Assembly (NCBI GenBank): GCA_951406725.2
Contig: OX597815.1
Span: 6,076,001 to 6,140,000, forward strand
Reading direction: 5' to 3'
DNA from: Octopus vulgaris
Taxonomy: Eukaryota
Length of the DNA stretch: 64,000 nucleotides
This document shows, one piece after another, positions 44,270-58,602 of this stretch. The position numbers were made by a program, and so were the translations under genes. Position 1 is the stretch's first letter. The number at the start of each line of letters is the position of its first letter. The notes under the pieces are model-generated. The model was not told where the DNA came from and did no database searches. It saw only the letters and a list, made by a program, of their open reading frames with translations.

Positions 44270-44307
<38 letters not shown>

Positions 44308-44542
44308 GAGGGAGACAGATGGGAGGAAGCGGCAGCCCCCCCCCCCGCCACGCCATCGTTCAAAGTGCATGTACATATATATATATATATATATGCACTT
44401 TGAACGATATGATATATATATAATCTTTCTCTCCCTAGAGTTTATTATCTGTATTCTGGGGTTCTAGAAATGAGAAACATTAAAGAACCGCTTTAAGATA
44501 TTAATATCGCCCGAAGTATGTTAAATGTCAGCTAATACACTC

Positions 44543-44580
<38 letters not shown>

Positions 44581-44649
44581 GTGTGTGTGTGTATGTATAC
44601 TGGCTCATATAAGCACAATGTAGACACATGCGTGCGCATATATATAGAC

Positions 44650-44776
<127 letters not shown>

Positions 44777-45909
44777 TGGCTCATATGAGCACAATGTAGA
44801 CACATGCGTGCGCATATATATAGACATAATATACACATTCATACACATATATAGGTACAATGCACACACATATACGTGTGTGTGTGTGTACGTGTGTGTG
44901 TGTGTGTGTACGTAAAGATGCAATACATATACACACAAGGATACACATATATAGGCACAATACGCGCGCGCGAAAATACGATTAAATATATATGCATCCA
45001 CAACACACACACATACAAAGATACAATACACACACAAACGCAATTTAGTAGAAAGACTGAGAACACCTTATCACTAAGTTGACTGACATAGCTTTGAGAA
45101 ACAGCTGAAGGAATTCTGTACTGAAACATAGAAGAGGGTGAGAGACAATTTCGCGGTGGAGAGAAACAAGGCTTTGTATGGACAACTGGATGGCTTTGTT
45201 TGGGATTCAATTCGCCAACTTTTTATAACACAATGGAGTTGTTCTAGAAAGTTCGACCAGGCTATTTAACGCGAAAATTTTAGCTCACTTGGCTTTGATT
45301 AGTCGTGATATGTTCGAGTAGACGTTAATGCCTTTTATGACGGCACATTTTTTCATAACTAGCCTTGCCTTTTAAGGCAGTATGCTATGCCGTGGCAACC
45401 TGACTGTAACAGTTGAAAACTCAGCAGGAGCCTTGCTACAATGGTTTCTAACATATTTCACAATACAAAGTCGCATTGTTAGCGGGCAGAATGCAGTCAA
45501 TTAAGATCAACTCCCAGCTCCTCCCTGAGACATTATTTTAACCATGGAGGGATAAGGACAAAGATGACAACAGCGGGATTCGAAATCAGAAAGTAAAGAG
45601 GAGCAACTAAATACTGCGATGCATTTTGTTCGAACGCTTAATTAATTCGGCCAATCCACCTCACCCCCACCCCGAGCAGAAAAATGTTTGAGAGAGGTTT
45701 TATAACAAAGAGGTCGTCGTGTGTTTGTTGCCTTGGATGTAGGAATATAGTCGTAACATGGGCCAAAACGAGGGACTTCGCAACATTTACAGTCAGCCAT
45801 TTTGTGAAGAATTATATCGCAACACATTAACAGCAGTTCACTTGCGAGTGTTTTATATCAACTGTACCAGATGTATTTACTACCACCACCACCACCACAA
45901 AGGGTGATT

Positions 45910-46162
45910 ATAATCAAAATAAGCAACAAGGATATCCAAGGTAGTGTAGTACACTCGTTTCATGCTACTTCATTTTATTAAACACTGCAAGTATTACATC
46001 ACTTTTAAAATGTCGAGCAATCTTCAGTTCTATTCTATATGCGGCTGAAGATTGCTCGACATTTTAAAACTGATGTAATACTTACAGTGTTTAATAAAAT
46101 GAAGTAGCATGAAACGATTGTACTACACTACCTTGGATATCGTTGTTGCTTATTTTGATTAT
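45910..46162. mobile_element. Fold-back element (~118-bp arms) with extended-stem-II hammerhead motif (46041-46126, +)
   Basis: GCGG-CUGAAGA-UUGCU...AGCAU-GAAAC-GAUU-GUA-CUAC; left arm ends at TCTTCAG; related single arm at ~59508-59580. Confidence 0.75.
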
Positions 46163-46177
46163 GTATGTATGTATATG

Positions 46178-46570
46178 TCAGGTCACTTTCGGGTGCTACT
46201 GGTAACATGTAACTCAGTACAACCTGTTGCATGGTCGGGCCGTCGGCGACTAAACCGGCAACCCCACCAAGCTTGCTTGATGAGGAGGGTGTTTATTGGA
46301 CACCCTGCAGGATGAAAAACAAAACCCGTCAAAGGGCGGAGGAACTTTTGAGAGTCAACGGCCATCCAATAAATGTCTTAAGGCTGTATCATGCGCGGGT
46401 ACATAGAAATAATCGGACTGAATACCCGATCGCGCGGTTAAACCATTGGGAGTGAAGGACTCCTAGCCTTAGTTAGGGCATCCTTCGAGGAGAAGGTAAC
46501 GCAGGTAACTGGGATAACTCCGACATAAAACCTGCGGCTGAGTGGTTACCGATGATGTTGATTTGTTCTT
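46178..46570 (+). mobile_element. Probable RTE-type LINE 5' UTR-derived repeat
   Basis: TTAGGGCATCCTTCGAGGAGAAGGTAAC...ATAAAACC resembles RTE 5' UTR motifs; similar motif at ~6095-6146. Confidence 0.35.
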
Positions 46571-46772
46571 CTTTTCGGATTATGGCTGCTGTTGCTTAGT
46601 GAGTGGGATTGAGTCAGTGCACAGCCTTTCCTCACTTAAAAAAAAAATCTTCTTGCACAGGCATTGCACGATAACAACATTGATTAAGCTTCGTGCAATG
46701 GCCATATTCGATAACGAGAGGGCAGCCACCACCATGTATGTATGTATGTATGTATGTATGTATGTATGTATG

Positions 46773-46803
<31 letters not shown>

Positions 46804-47001
46804 GTAGGCAGCCAGGCGGATAGGTATGAATGTAATTAAAGAACACAACCAATTCTTTTTATAACTTATAAATTAATGTATCAATCCGAATAATTATTTT
46901 GCGCATGTGCGCGCGTGTGTCTATCTGTCTATATCTACGTGTTTGTATGTGTGTATATGTCTATACACATAAACATATAAACACAGACACACACGGACAA
47001 C

Positions 47002-47046
<45 letters not shown>

Positions 47047-47048
47047 TA

Positions 47049-47085
<37 letters not shown>

Positions 47086-47137
47086 CTTTTTAATTAATTA
47101 CGATAGATTATGGTTATTATACGCCAATATTTTTAAC

Positions 47138-47205
<68 letters not shown>

Positions 47206-47252
47206 GTATATATACATATATATATATATGTATATATATATATGTATATATG

Positions 47253-47310
<58 letters not shown>

Positions 47311-48391
47311 TATACGCAACTGCCGCTGTTCCACCCTCCACCCACCATAGCCAGGTTATTAATTATAATCAATCCGATACACAACTCAATTAACTCCAAA
47401 CTGGAAGATAGTCAAAATAATATAATAGATATAAATAACCATGAGATCAATGCTTTCCAATCCGGGGTTATATGATTCGTTCCAGTAGTCACTAAGAACC
47501 GAGATTACAATGGTACCAGTAAATTAGATTGAAGATTAGCGATGCTGGCCGTTTCGATTTGTCCTCAAAGAGGGTCGAGGGGTAATGGGCTAACGAACGA
47601 AATGAGACGATAGGGCGCAGCCGCTTGCACGCTAAGGATTTGGCATGGCTGACTGAACATGTCAAATCCTCAGCATGGCTGACTGGACATTTGGCTTGTT
47701 TTGGCGATAGTACGTTTTGGCACTGGAGGCAATCACATGCGCGCGAGCATGCACTTACACGCATGTACTCAGACGCATGCGCGTTCAGAAGTATACACAT
47801 TAACATGACATACTAATACACGAAGATACATTATCTTCGTGTATTAGTATGCCCTGTTTATGTTGTATAATTATACAACAAAATTCTCAAATTTTCCACT
47901 AGACTTCGTGTTCTAACTTGTATCCTATCGTGTGAATTATTAATTCAATATGTCTTATATTATGTTGATGTTTTATATTTTGCTTGTGTATATATATATA
48001 TTAGCATTTTGAATATTTCTAAATACCTACGAGTTTTATCTTATACCATATCGACATTTTATATCTATTTTTATATCTATTTGTATATCTATTTATGTAT
48101 TTATATATTTATAATGCCAACGTATTTTTAAGTATTTTAAAATATTTTTAAATATTAAATATTTATATGTTTATATATTTGTATGTTTTGATACTCTATT
48201 ATCTGGAACTTTATATTGATTTATTGAGGTCCAATGAAAGTACACACATATATATTGAATAATCTATTGGATATTGGATAATGTGTCATGTTCCTCTAGT
48301 TTTCCGCTGGTATTGCCTCCATTGAAATTATAAAATGGAACTTAGCTCAATTAGAGCACGAGCCTTGTTAAAGTTAAAAATCTCTACATAG

Positions 48392-48434
<43 letters not shown>

Positions 48435-48436
<2 letters not shown>

Positions 48437-48720
48437 GGAGTAAACACATAAATGTGAAACGAGGTGGAAAAAGAGTACTCAAATAGCAGTGGTAGAGTAA
48501 TATGCTTTATTTAAAGCAGCAGAAAATTCAACAAAACCTGTTACTCTGAGTTTCACGTTGCCGTTCGTCGAGCAAAAACTGTCCGACGAACGGCAACGTG
48601 AAACTCAGAGTAACAGGTTTTGTTGAATTTTCTGCTGCTTTAAATAAAGCATATTACTCTACCACTGGTATTTGAGTACTCTTTTTTTCACCTCGTTTCA
48701 CATTTATGTGTTTACTCCGG
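48435..48720. mobile_element. Near-perfect palindromic hammerhead element flanked by (TA)n
   Basis: ~136-bp arms CCGGAGTAAAC...TTCGTCG / CGACGAA...GTTTACTCCGG. Confidence 0.88.
48579..48616 (+). ncRNA. Minimal type I hammerhead ribozyme (U4C core variant)
   Basis: CUGU-CCGACGA-ACG(GCAA)CGU-GAAAC-UCAGA-GUA-ACAG; all three stems pair; GNRA loop II. Confidence 0.75.
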
Positions 48721-48800
<80 letters not shown>

Positions 48801-48949
48801 TGTATATGTATATGTATGTATGTTTGTATGTATATATATACATATATACACATACATATATATATATAAGAAAATATATATGTATACATATAAGAATATA
48901 TAAAAAACGATATTTACATATTCACACATATTTGTTGGATGGTCGTTGA

Positions 48950-49265
48950 CTATTCACGAGTTCCTCCGCCCTTTGAGCAGCATTCTTTGTCTGATAACCT
49001 CGAATACAAGCCCAAAGAAGTCGCACGACTCTACCGCAACATATCTTCAGATGAAAGGATGAGCGTATATGAGCAGAAGACTATGCATAGATATGTTAGT
49101 AGAAAGCTCCGAGATGATAGTAACATCGAACATCAAAGCAGTCTATCATGGACCAACAACCGGCTTACTACTTCCCACTTTGAAGGGCATGCGTTTGCAA
49201 TCCAGGAACAGGCAATAACATGCACAAAAGGGACAGAAGTGCAGGAAAATATGACAACCGATGCT
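48950..49265 (+). mobile_element. R4/Dong-like LINE internal fragment
   Basis: YEQKTMHRY...SLSWTNNRLTTSHFEGHAFAIQEQAIT, the motif that precedes the CCHC knuckle in RLE LINEs. Confidence 0.65.
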
Positions 49266-49853
49266 CAGAAGACAGTGAACGGGGCGTAGATATAATAGAA
49301 GACACTTGTCCAAGGTGCCACACTCCACGTGGGTACGAAAAGAGATTATTAACCACACAGACATTTGTCTGCGTCTATCAAACTTTCTACAGACAAGATA
49401 AACAAGGCCAAGATGTGTATTCAATGTAGAACTTCGATCATCAAAGAGCGAAGATATTCTCGATCAATAATTGTATTGGAGATGTTAACCAAACGAGAGC
49501 CATTTAAATATGTTAAATTACATGGCGAGAAAGAGATAAGGCGGGTTTTAAATATAATTAACTTGACGCTACGGCTGAATCTTACATCGTACAAACCCCG
49601 TTATTATTTACGTCAGATTTGCATGTTAAATATATATGAAAAAAAAAATAATAAAGGAGAAAGTTGGGAGTTCAGGAAAGTTATTATAAAAGATAACATA
49701 TCGGGAACGTTGTAGATAAGGTTTTAGTGAATAATCTACAGTGAAAACAAACTTAACGAGTAACAAGTGAACCAGTTGGAAACTTGTAGTTAACGATGCT
49801 ATTAACTTATTGCTACACAGAATAAATAAAATACAGATTATACATATGTAATC

Positions 49854-50357
<504 letters not shown>

Positions 50358-50417
50358 AACAAAGTGAAGTTGTAAGGTAAGTTGGAATTTATATATATAT
50401 ATAGATAGATAGATTTT

Positions 50418-50665
50418 TATAATTATCAGTATAATTATAATTAGGGTTCAGCAAAAATAATTTGTTTCACCACATACCGAAATTTAGAAATAGCAGTTAA
50501 AACTAGCTATTTCTCTACCATAAGAAAATCTCTCGGACAACAATACTCAACAACCCATGCAGGCAAAGGGAGAAATAGGTAGTTTTAACTGCTATTTCTA
50601 AATTTCAGTATGTGGTGAAGCAAATTTTTAGCTGAACCCTAATTATAATTATATTCATAATTACA
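50418..50665. repeat. Fold-back element (~100-bp arms) near (TA)n
   Basis: TAATTAGGGTTCAGC...CTATTTCTC / GAGAAATAG...GCTGAACCCTAATTA. Confidence 0.8.
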
Positions 50666-50789
50666 AAAAATTTTGTTTAAGTTTACCGCTAATGGTTCTT
50701 TTAACATACCGAACTACTTGGTAAAATTATTAATTATTAATTAATTAATTAAGTTTACCCTTTATTATCATTAATTATATATATATCGG

Positions 50790-50951
50790 TTCTTAGTGAC
50801 TACGATGAGTCTACGATTTAAAAAAAATTTACCATCATTTTTCCGCATTTTTAATGATTTTTGCTCGGGTTATATAAGGGAAGTAACTCTCTAAAATGCT
50901 TATATAGTTATTTCCCTTACAAACCCGAGCAACGCTGGGCGATACTGCTAG
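50790..50951 (+). mobile_element. Helitron 3' fragment
   Basis: Same terminal CCCGAGCAACGCTGGGCGATACTGCTAG as 29524 and 41755 elements. Confidence 0.8.
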
Positions 50952-51192
50952 TATATATATATAAATAAATGTAAGATGCAGGGATCGGTGTGGGGAAGAA
51001 AGTTAGCTTGTTAGCTCCAAGCAACTCGTAGTAAATATTAAAAAAAACAACTTTCAGGTACATTAGTGGTTTATTGAGATGGAAGGTTGTGGTTGTTTTT
51101 CGTATCGAAGTACGATAAACTGAAAAAAGTTCTTTTTACATTTCATGTTAGGCGACCAGGGTTGCCGGATGTGCAAATAAGAATACAAGAGT

Positions 51193-51395
51193 TACGGAAT
51201 GAAGTAGATAAGATCCGGGCTACATATGTTTCATACCGAGTGGAAGCTCAGAAGTGATGAATATCCAGGCGAGGTGTATACCGCAGGCTACTCTACAGGC
51301 CGAGGATATCTTGAAAAAATTAAAGTTTACATTGCCGCAAGGTTTCGCTCGCTATGAAACAAATGTAACCTGGATCTTATCTACTCCATTCCGTA
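51193..51395. repeat. Diverged inverted repeat (~55-bp arms)
   Basis: TACGGAATGAAGTAGATAAGATCC / GGATCTTATCTACTCCATTCCGTA. Confidence 0.75.
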
Positions 51396-51677
51396 CTTCT
51401 TTTGTGTACATCTAGTCTAGGATATAAATCGCAGTATGTATGTGTATATTGACTAACGCATACATTTCCACAATTTTCAACCGATTTTCACCAAACTTTA
51501 CACACACATTACTTATGTCCCAAGGATGGTCATGCTCTATAACATTTTGCCCAGAGTTCCTGCGTAAATGGACAAACCAGGAAAAATGGTTTTTTACACG
51601 GGTTTTCTCTAATTCATTGTATATACATATTTTTTAGTATGTAGAGTCTTCCATACTTTTTTAATCTATATGGTTAG

Positions 51678-52072
51678 TCTTTTACTCTTTTACTTGTTTC
51701 AGTCATTTTGACTGCGGCCATGCTGGAGCACCGCCTTTAGTCGAGCAAATCGACCCCGGAACTTATTCTTTGTAAGCCCAGTACTTATTCTATCAGTCTC
51801 TTTTGCCGAACCGCTAAGTGACGGGGACGTAAACACACCAGCATCAGTTGTCAAGCAATGCTAGGGGGACAAACACAGACACACAAACACACATATATAT
51901 ACATATATACGACAGGCTTCTTTCAGTTTCCGTCTACCAAATCAACTCACAAGGCATTGGTCGGCCCGGGGATATAGCAGAAGACACTTGCCCAAGATGC
52001 CACGCAGTGGGACTGAACCCGGAACTATGTGGTTGGTAAGCAAGCTACTTACCACACAGCTACTCCTGCGCC
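51678..52072 (-). mobile_element. SINE family A
   Basis: Full-length reverse-complement homology. Confidence 0.9.
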
Positions 52073-53373
52073 TATATTTTTTTTTTTTGGTTTTTCACAT
52101 TTTTTTATGTATTATTTATTTATATGCTGTAATTGTGTATTATTACTTGGTTGGAGAATATTATAAAAGTCTACTTATATATTTCGACTGTCCAACTGCG
52201 ACGGTTATCAAATTGACCAGGAACACTGTACGTGATGAATATCCAATACCAAACACTCTTAATCTCCATATGTAAACTGCATTAAACTTTACCTTTACCT
52301 ATTCTGAGTTACTCGAAAGGTGATGTTCCCTTCCCTCTCTTCTATTTGTTGATACCTTTGTTTACCTGCCAATGCGTTGTTTCGCTTTAAGGATGCTTAT
52401 TTACCCATCCATTATGATATTTCGGACATGACATCTTTTCACTGCAAACTGTTTAAGATTCAAAGCAATATTCGTGAACTGAAGTCAAACTCTTCATCTC
52501 TTCATTTTCCATTACCTGAAGTTCATTTCAGAGTGGTCGTACACTGTAAGCACATAGCAAATACATTCCTTTAACTCTACTTTTTCAAGTAGGTATTATA
52601 TTGCCATTTTTGAACGCACCAATCATACTTCTCTCCGAAAAAAATAGCTCCCTTTGCTGTCGAATAAAATAAACTTGCGGAGGGGAAGTTTCAACATCTT
52701 TCAATTTCATTACACCATTTATGTGGCTGTTTCTGACAAGAAATTTCGCTTTCATGTAAAACAATATTTTGTAGTCATTATCCGTAATCTACTCCCAAAA
52801 CACTTCAGTTGTTCTACTTTGCATCGCTTGCAAACATATATGTTCTATGATCATTAACATGCAACGACCGCCACAATAACCAGCCTTCAATTTGGTTTTC
52901 TGTTCCTAAGTTAATCGGAAACATAGATCGCCGTGCTATTCATAAACCTTCTGGGTAGTTCAATTATTTGGTGAAAAAAATACCACCAAAGCAACTCAAA
53001 CCGTCCAAAGGACGGGTGCGTTTGCTAGTGTGGGTGTGTGTGCGCGCGCGTGTGTATGTGTGTCTACACACATACATATATGTACATAAATGCGAATGTA
53101 TGTGGTTATGTATGTGTGTTTAGCACCGAAAATCTCTGAAATGGTGCATTCTCGAGAAAAACGGATTTGATTTTCGAAACATGCGTCTCAAAGAAAAGGT
53201 CGAAATAGATGGAATAAATGAATCCTAAACTCGTATTCAGCGTGAAAAAGTACACCAATATACCAAATTTGAAAATTTTCACTTAATCTTGAAATTTCAA
53301 AATCTGCGACAGTCACAAAAGAGATCTTTCTCTGGCTGTCTCTTTCATTTTTCGCTTTTCTCGAAGTAAACTT

Positions 53374-53451
<78 letters not shown>

Positions 53452-53474
53452 CATTTTCACCACACACACTCTCT

Positions 53475-53514
<40 letters not shown>

Positions 53515-53910
53515 TTCTCTATAAAAATATATCGCTTATCCTCTGTGTGTGTGTCTTATCCTTTATTTGTTTTATTTATTCGCCTGCGGTCATACCGGAG
53601 CACCGCCTTTAGGGGTTTAGTGAACAAGTTGACTCCAGTACCAATTTTTAAAGTCTGAGTCTTCTGCTGTCTGTCTCTTTTGCCGAACCGCTAGTTACGG
53701 GAACGTAAACGAACCAATACCGGTTGTCAAGCGCTGTGGGAGTGACAATCACACACACACACACACACACATACACTCGTAGGTCTGCTCTGAGTCCCTG
53801 ACCTTGAAGAAAGAGGATAAATCACTGAGAAGGTCTCGAAAAGCAACAGGACTTTAACAAACAACCGATTGATTGATTAACTTGCACATTAAACAGACGA
53901 TCGATTTGTT

Positions 53911-54085
53911 AGGGATGTGGCTTTGTGGTAAGTAGCTTGCTTACCAACCACATGGTTCTGGGTTCAGTCCCACTGCGTGGCACCTTGAGCGAGTGTCTTC
54001 CACTATAGCCTCGGGGCGACCAAAGTCTTATGAGTGGATTTGGTAGACGGAAACTGAAAGAAGCCCGTCGTATGTATGTATATAT

Positions 54086-54153
<68 letters not shown>

Positions 54154-54373
54154 AGTGTGTGTATATGTTTGTGTGTCTGTGTTTGTCCCCCCAACATCGC
54201 TTGACAACCGATGCTGGTGTGTTTACGTCCCCGTTACTTAGCGGTTCGGCAAAGGAGACCGATAGAATGAGTACTAGGCTTACAAAGAATAAGTCCTGGG
54301 GTCGATTTGCTCGACTATAAAGGCGGTGCTCCAGCATGGCCACAGTCACATGACTGAAACAAGTAAAAGAGTA
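53911..54373 (+). mobile_element. SINE family A
   Basis: Head, (TA)n core, tail. Confidence 0.9.
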
Positions 54374-55718
54374 ATCGACTAACAACAAAGAAATAATATT
54401 CAACCAGTGCGTGTATATTATTATGAGCGTAATGAACCTCCCAAGGCAAGATTTGTTTCAACACACGAATTCACGTCGAGAATCTTGCTAACTATACACA
54501 AAAACGGAGATAATGTATGTATTTCATCATAATATTTACATATAACCATAATGTATATATTTACTTTGGCAAACGATGAGTGTTTAATCAAGCGCGGGCT
54601 TTTGATAATCAAAGGAGGAAGAGACGGAGGCTGTATTGCTCGAACCCTTCTAAAGATCATTCAGTACATTGAACACTTATTATTCCGAATGAAAATCAAA
54701 TGATTTGATCTAACTTTCCAAATAATACACCTTTTATTCTGCATAAATCATGGCATTTCTTTATTGTTTTCGAAACAAAGAAAATGCAGAGACCCGAGAG
54801 ATGATGTCTAGGCGAAAGTAGCTGATCAATTAAATAATAGACTGGTTTAATGTTTTAGTGGAACAATTAAGAATATTAATTAACAGGGCAGATACGATGT
54901 AAATAAGCTGGTTATTGCAACATTAGTGGAGCAATAAAAAGAAAAGAGTCCTAAACAAGGCTACAATTTCTCTGAAACACGGCCAACAATAATAATGAAT
55001 CAATTAACGTGGAGATCCAGTTACTATTTATAAGAGAGAATGTTATCGAATGACTTCTACATAACAACAGTAAAAGAAAAAACGATCCTATTGTTGTTTT
55101 ATTGATGAAGAGAATTGACCAAAGGATAAATTTAAATTCTGTTTACAACAAATATGTAATCACTAAGCATCTTATTGATAAAAAAAAGAAATCTCCGTCA
55201 GTTATTATGAAACCACTAAAATCAATTATAGAGCGACCATTGTAGACCAGCGGATAGTAAATGTTTTTAGCCGACTGACTGATGAAACAAAATGTCGGCT
55301 GGCTGTTTTGTTTCTAGGCGGGATCTTAGAAATTACGTCATTTTAACAATTGGACGTTAGTCAGACTAGATTTACTGAGTATGGACCAACTAAAGGACTA
55401 GTAGACGGAGTAGAGAATACTTAGCACATCTCTGTCTGTGAAGTGTGGGCTAAACTAATGAATTTATACAAATATTATGGTATTTTTGTTTCGACTGAAA
55501 TTCAGAATCTACTAGATTTTAGAAGTGAGGTGTCTAACGCGAGAAGGTATGGGATATATGTACGTATGCATGTATATATGTATGTATGCATCTATGTATG
55601 TATGCATGTGAATGTATGTATGTATGTACGTACTTACGTATGTATGTATGTATGTATGTATATTTGTATTATCTTATAGATACAGGTATGGCTTTGTAGT
55701 TAAGAGGTTGTCTTAAAC

Positions 55719-55996
55719 TATAGCCCCAAGCCGGCCCGCGAAATTTTTTTCCCCACGAGAGTTCCGGACCCCAGTAATGAACTTGTCTGCATACAGCCAA
55801 TCAGAGCAGAGCCACCTTTATCCCTTTTTTCCTTTCTAGTCAGCACCGTGCATTCCTTACTCTTTCCCTCCCTACAGGCGGACAGCAACTTCTTCGTCCT
55901 CCATCTACCTGTCGGGTAAACAAATAAATATATGTAAATAATATTTCTTCCTTCTTAGTGTTGGTCCTTCGATGTTCACTGGTGACTCCAACGTTG
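55719..55996 (+). mobile_element. Probable gypsy LTR with primer-binding site
   Basis: CCAAT box, AATAAA, end ...GTTCA followed by CTGGTGACTCCAACG (PBS-like); starts TA rather than TG. Confidence 0.5.
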
Positions 55997-56149
55997 GTGC
56001 AATAATACACTTGCACAAACTGAACTGCTGGAGTTATTTCATTCTTTTTTTCAGAAAAATGTTTTTAAAAAGTTATGGTGGTTTAAAGTCTGATCCTGTT
56101 TCCAGACTGGGTGGAAAGGATCAAACCTCTATTACTTTAAACCTCTACT

Positions 56150-56582
56150 CTTTTTTTTTTTACATGTTTCAGTCATTTGACTGCAGCCATGCTGGAGCAC
56201 CGCTTTTAGTCGAGCAAATCGACCCTGGTGCGTAACTGGCACTTAATTAATCGACCCCAAAAGGATGAAATGCAAAGTCGACCTCGGCAGAATTTGAACT
56301 CAGAATGTAACGGCAGTCAAAATACCACTAAGCATTTCGCCCGGTCTGCTAATGTTTCTGCCAGCTCACCGCCGTAGAATCACTATGAATATTCTTTTCT
56401 ACTCTAGGCACAAGACCCGAAATTTTGGGGGAGGGAGCCAGTCGATTAAATCGACCCCAGCATGCAACTGGTACTTAATTTATCGACCTCGAAAGGATGA
56501 AAGACAAAGTCGACCTTGGCGGAACTCGGAGCACAAAGCATTTCACCTGGCATGCTAACGTTCCTGCAAGTTCGGTACCTTA
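56150..56582 (-). mobile_element. SINE A tail fused to two family D units
   Basis: Junction at the shared AAATCGACCC motif. Confidence 0.75.
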
Positions 56583-56971
56583 CTAAATAACAAATATTGC
56601 ACTAATTGATACCTTGCCTGATAGTTTGCTTCAATTAATGAGTTGTTACTAATTATCAGCCACACATTTGTTATATAATGACGTATGAAAAATTAACTTC
56701 TCTCATTAAAGTGAAGAGAATAATCGTTATTTTTTGTTCACAAATAGTATTTCCAGTTCACATTATATTTTATTTTTGAGACAGAAAGGAGAAGAATTCT
56801 TGGCTTCTTCAATTCAGTCTCAAATGACTGATCAATTTGGAAAACCTTTAGTATTGATGTGTAAACCTTGTTTCTATGATGATGATGCTTATCCATAACC
56901 ATTTCGTGATATCCAGACAGGGGTTCCTACAAAGACATGCACAAACATATACGTACATATATACATACATA

Positions 56972-57185
56972 TAAGGCAGAGAGCTGGCAGAAACTTTAAT
57001 ACACCGGGTGAAATGCTCATCAGTATTTCGTCTGTCTTCACGTTCTGAGTTCAAATTCCATCGAGGTCAACTTTGCCTTTCATCCTTTCGGGGTCGATAA
57101 AATAAGTACCACTTGCGTACTGGGGTTGATCTAAGAATCAACTGGCCCCGTCCCCCAAAATTTCAGGCCTTGTATCTATAGTAGG
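56972..57185 (+). mobile_element. SINE family D
   Basis: TAAGGCAGAGAGCTGGCAGAA...GGGGTCGATAAAATAAGTACC. Confidence 0.85.
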
Positions 57186-57408
57186 AAACAAAAATATATA
57201 TATATATATATAATACTACAAAATTAGAGAATGGAGAAACATACTTAAATCAGTAAAACATCAACTATCCGATGATACTCAATCCATACTTTAATACACC
57301 ATTACATATGAGTAAAGGCAATATATAAAATGAAATGAGGTATACAGTAATAGTAAAAAGATAAAGAGATATAAGTAAAAAATTTCAAATATAATATGCA
57401 AATAAATC

Positions 57409-57524
57409 AAAACTGACAGCTGTTTCGGCAGTGAGGACAGTCATACCTCATTTAACCTATAAGCCATAAAGGCAGGTATAAATGAGGCATTAACAAGGAT
57501 GCCCCACGGCCTCTTCAGAGAATT
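57409..57524 (-). ncRNA. Mirror copy of the 58121-58236 hammerhead
   Basis: Reverse complement within the left arm (TGACAGCTGTTTCGGC...GCCTCTTCAG). Confidence 0.8.
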
Positions 57525-57736
57525 AAATTAAATTTGTTATAATAGTGAAAAATATTATATAATCATATACATATAAATATAAAAATATAGAAATGTAAAA
57601 TATAAAAACTTATACATCATAATGCTACACTTATATAATATAATACCGAAATAACTATATTATTTCGAAATAACTATATTATTTCGATCTTGAAAGGATG
57701 GACTTGGTGCTAACTTAACTGTATCTATTTTTATTA

Positions 57737-57785
<49 letters not shown>

Positions 57786-58120
57786 AGTAATTTTTATTAA
57801 CTTTTATAGCTTTAGAATTTTATGAACTGTACCACGGATTTAATTATTATTTTTCATCTCCATATGTGTTAGCCTTTTTTTATAAAAAAAACTATTAGCC
57901 AAATATGTATAATATCGGTACTTATTAATATTAATATATACACTGTTATATATTTTGTTTTATTTTGTTCTGTTTACCTTCCTTTTTTGTACAAATGTGT
58001 ATTATATTATATAAGTGTAGCATTATGATGTATAAGTTTTTATATTTTACATTTCTATATTTTTATATTTATATGTATATGATTATATAATATTTTTCAC
58101 TATTATAACAAATTTAATTT

Positions 58121-58236
58121 AATTCTCTGAAGAGGCCGTGGGGCATCCTTGTTAATGCCTCATTTATACCTGCCTTTATGGCTTATAGGTTAAATGAGGT
58201 ATGACTGTCCTCACTGCCGAAACAGCTGTCAGTTTT
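58121..58236 (+). ncRNA. Type I hammerhead ribozyme with long branched stem II
   Basis: CUGAAGA (58127-58133), GGC...GCC, GAAAC-AGCU-GUC (site after 58230); palindromic stem III ACAGCUGU; short, interrupted stem I. Confidence 0.8.
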
Positions 58237-58602
58237 GATTTATTTGCATATTATATTTGAAATTTTTTACTTATATCTCTTTATCTTTTTACTATTACTG
58301 TATACCTCATTTCATTTTATATATTGCCTTTACTCATATGTAATGGTGTATTAAAGTATGGATTGAGTATCATCGGATAGTTGATGTTTTACTGATTTAA
58401 GTATGTTTCTCCATTCTCTAATTTTGTAGTATTAATTTACGGTAATATTATTACCTTTACCCATTTAATACAATAGATGAACTGATTGTTTGACAATTTT
58501 TAACATCTATGTATTAATTTTGTTGGGTACCTATCTAGCAGTATATTGGATATATATTATCCCATGGTGGGTTGAATTTTCAACCCCTATCTCATTTTAT
58601 AA

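Noticed and set aside
53783-53845. Hammerhead-like UUGAAGA...CUCGAAA bracketed by GUCC/GGAC
   Set aside because: No valid stem III or NUH site; core too degenerate
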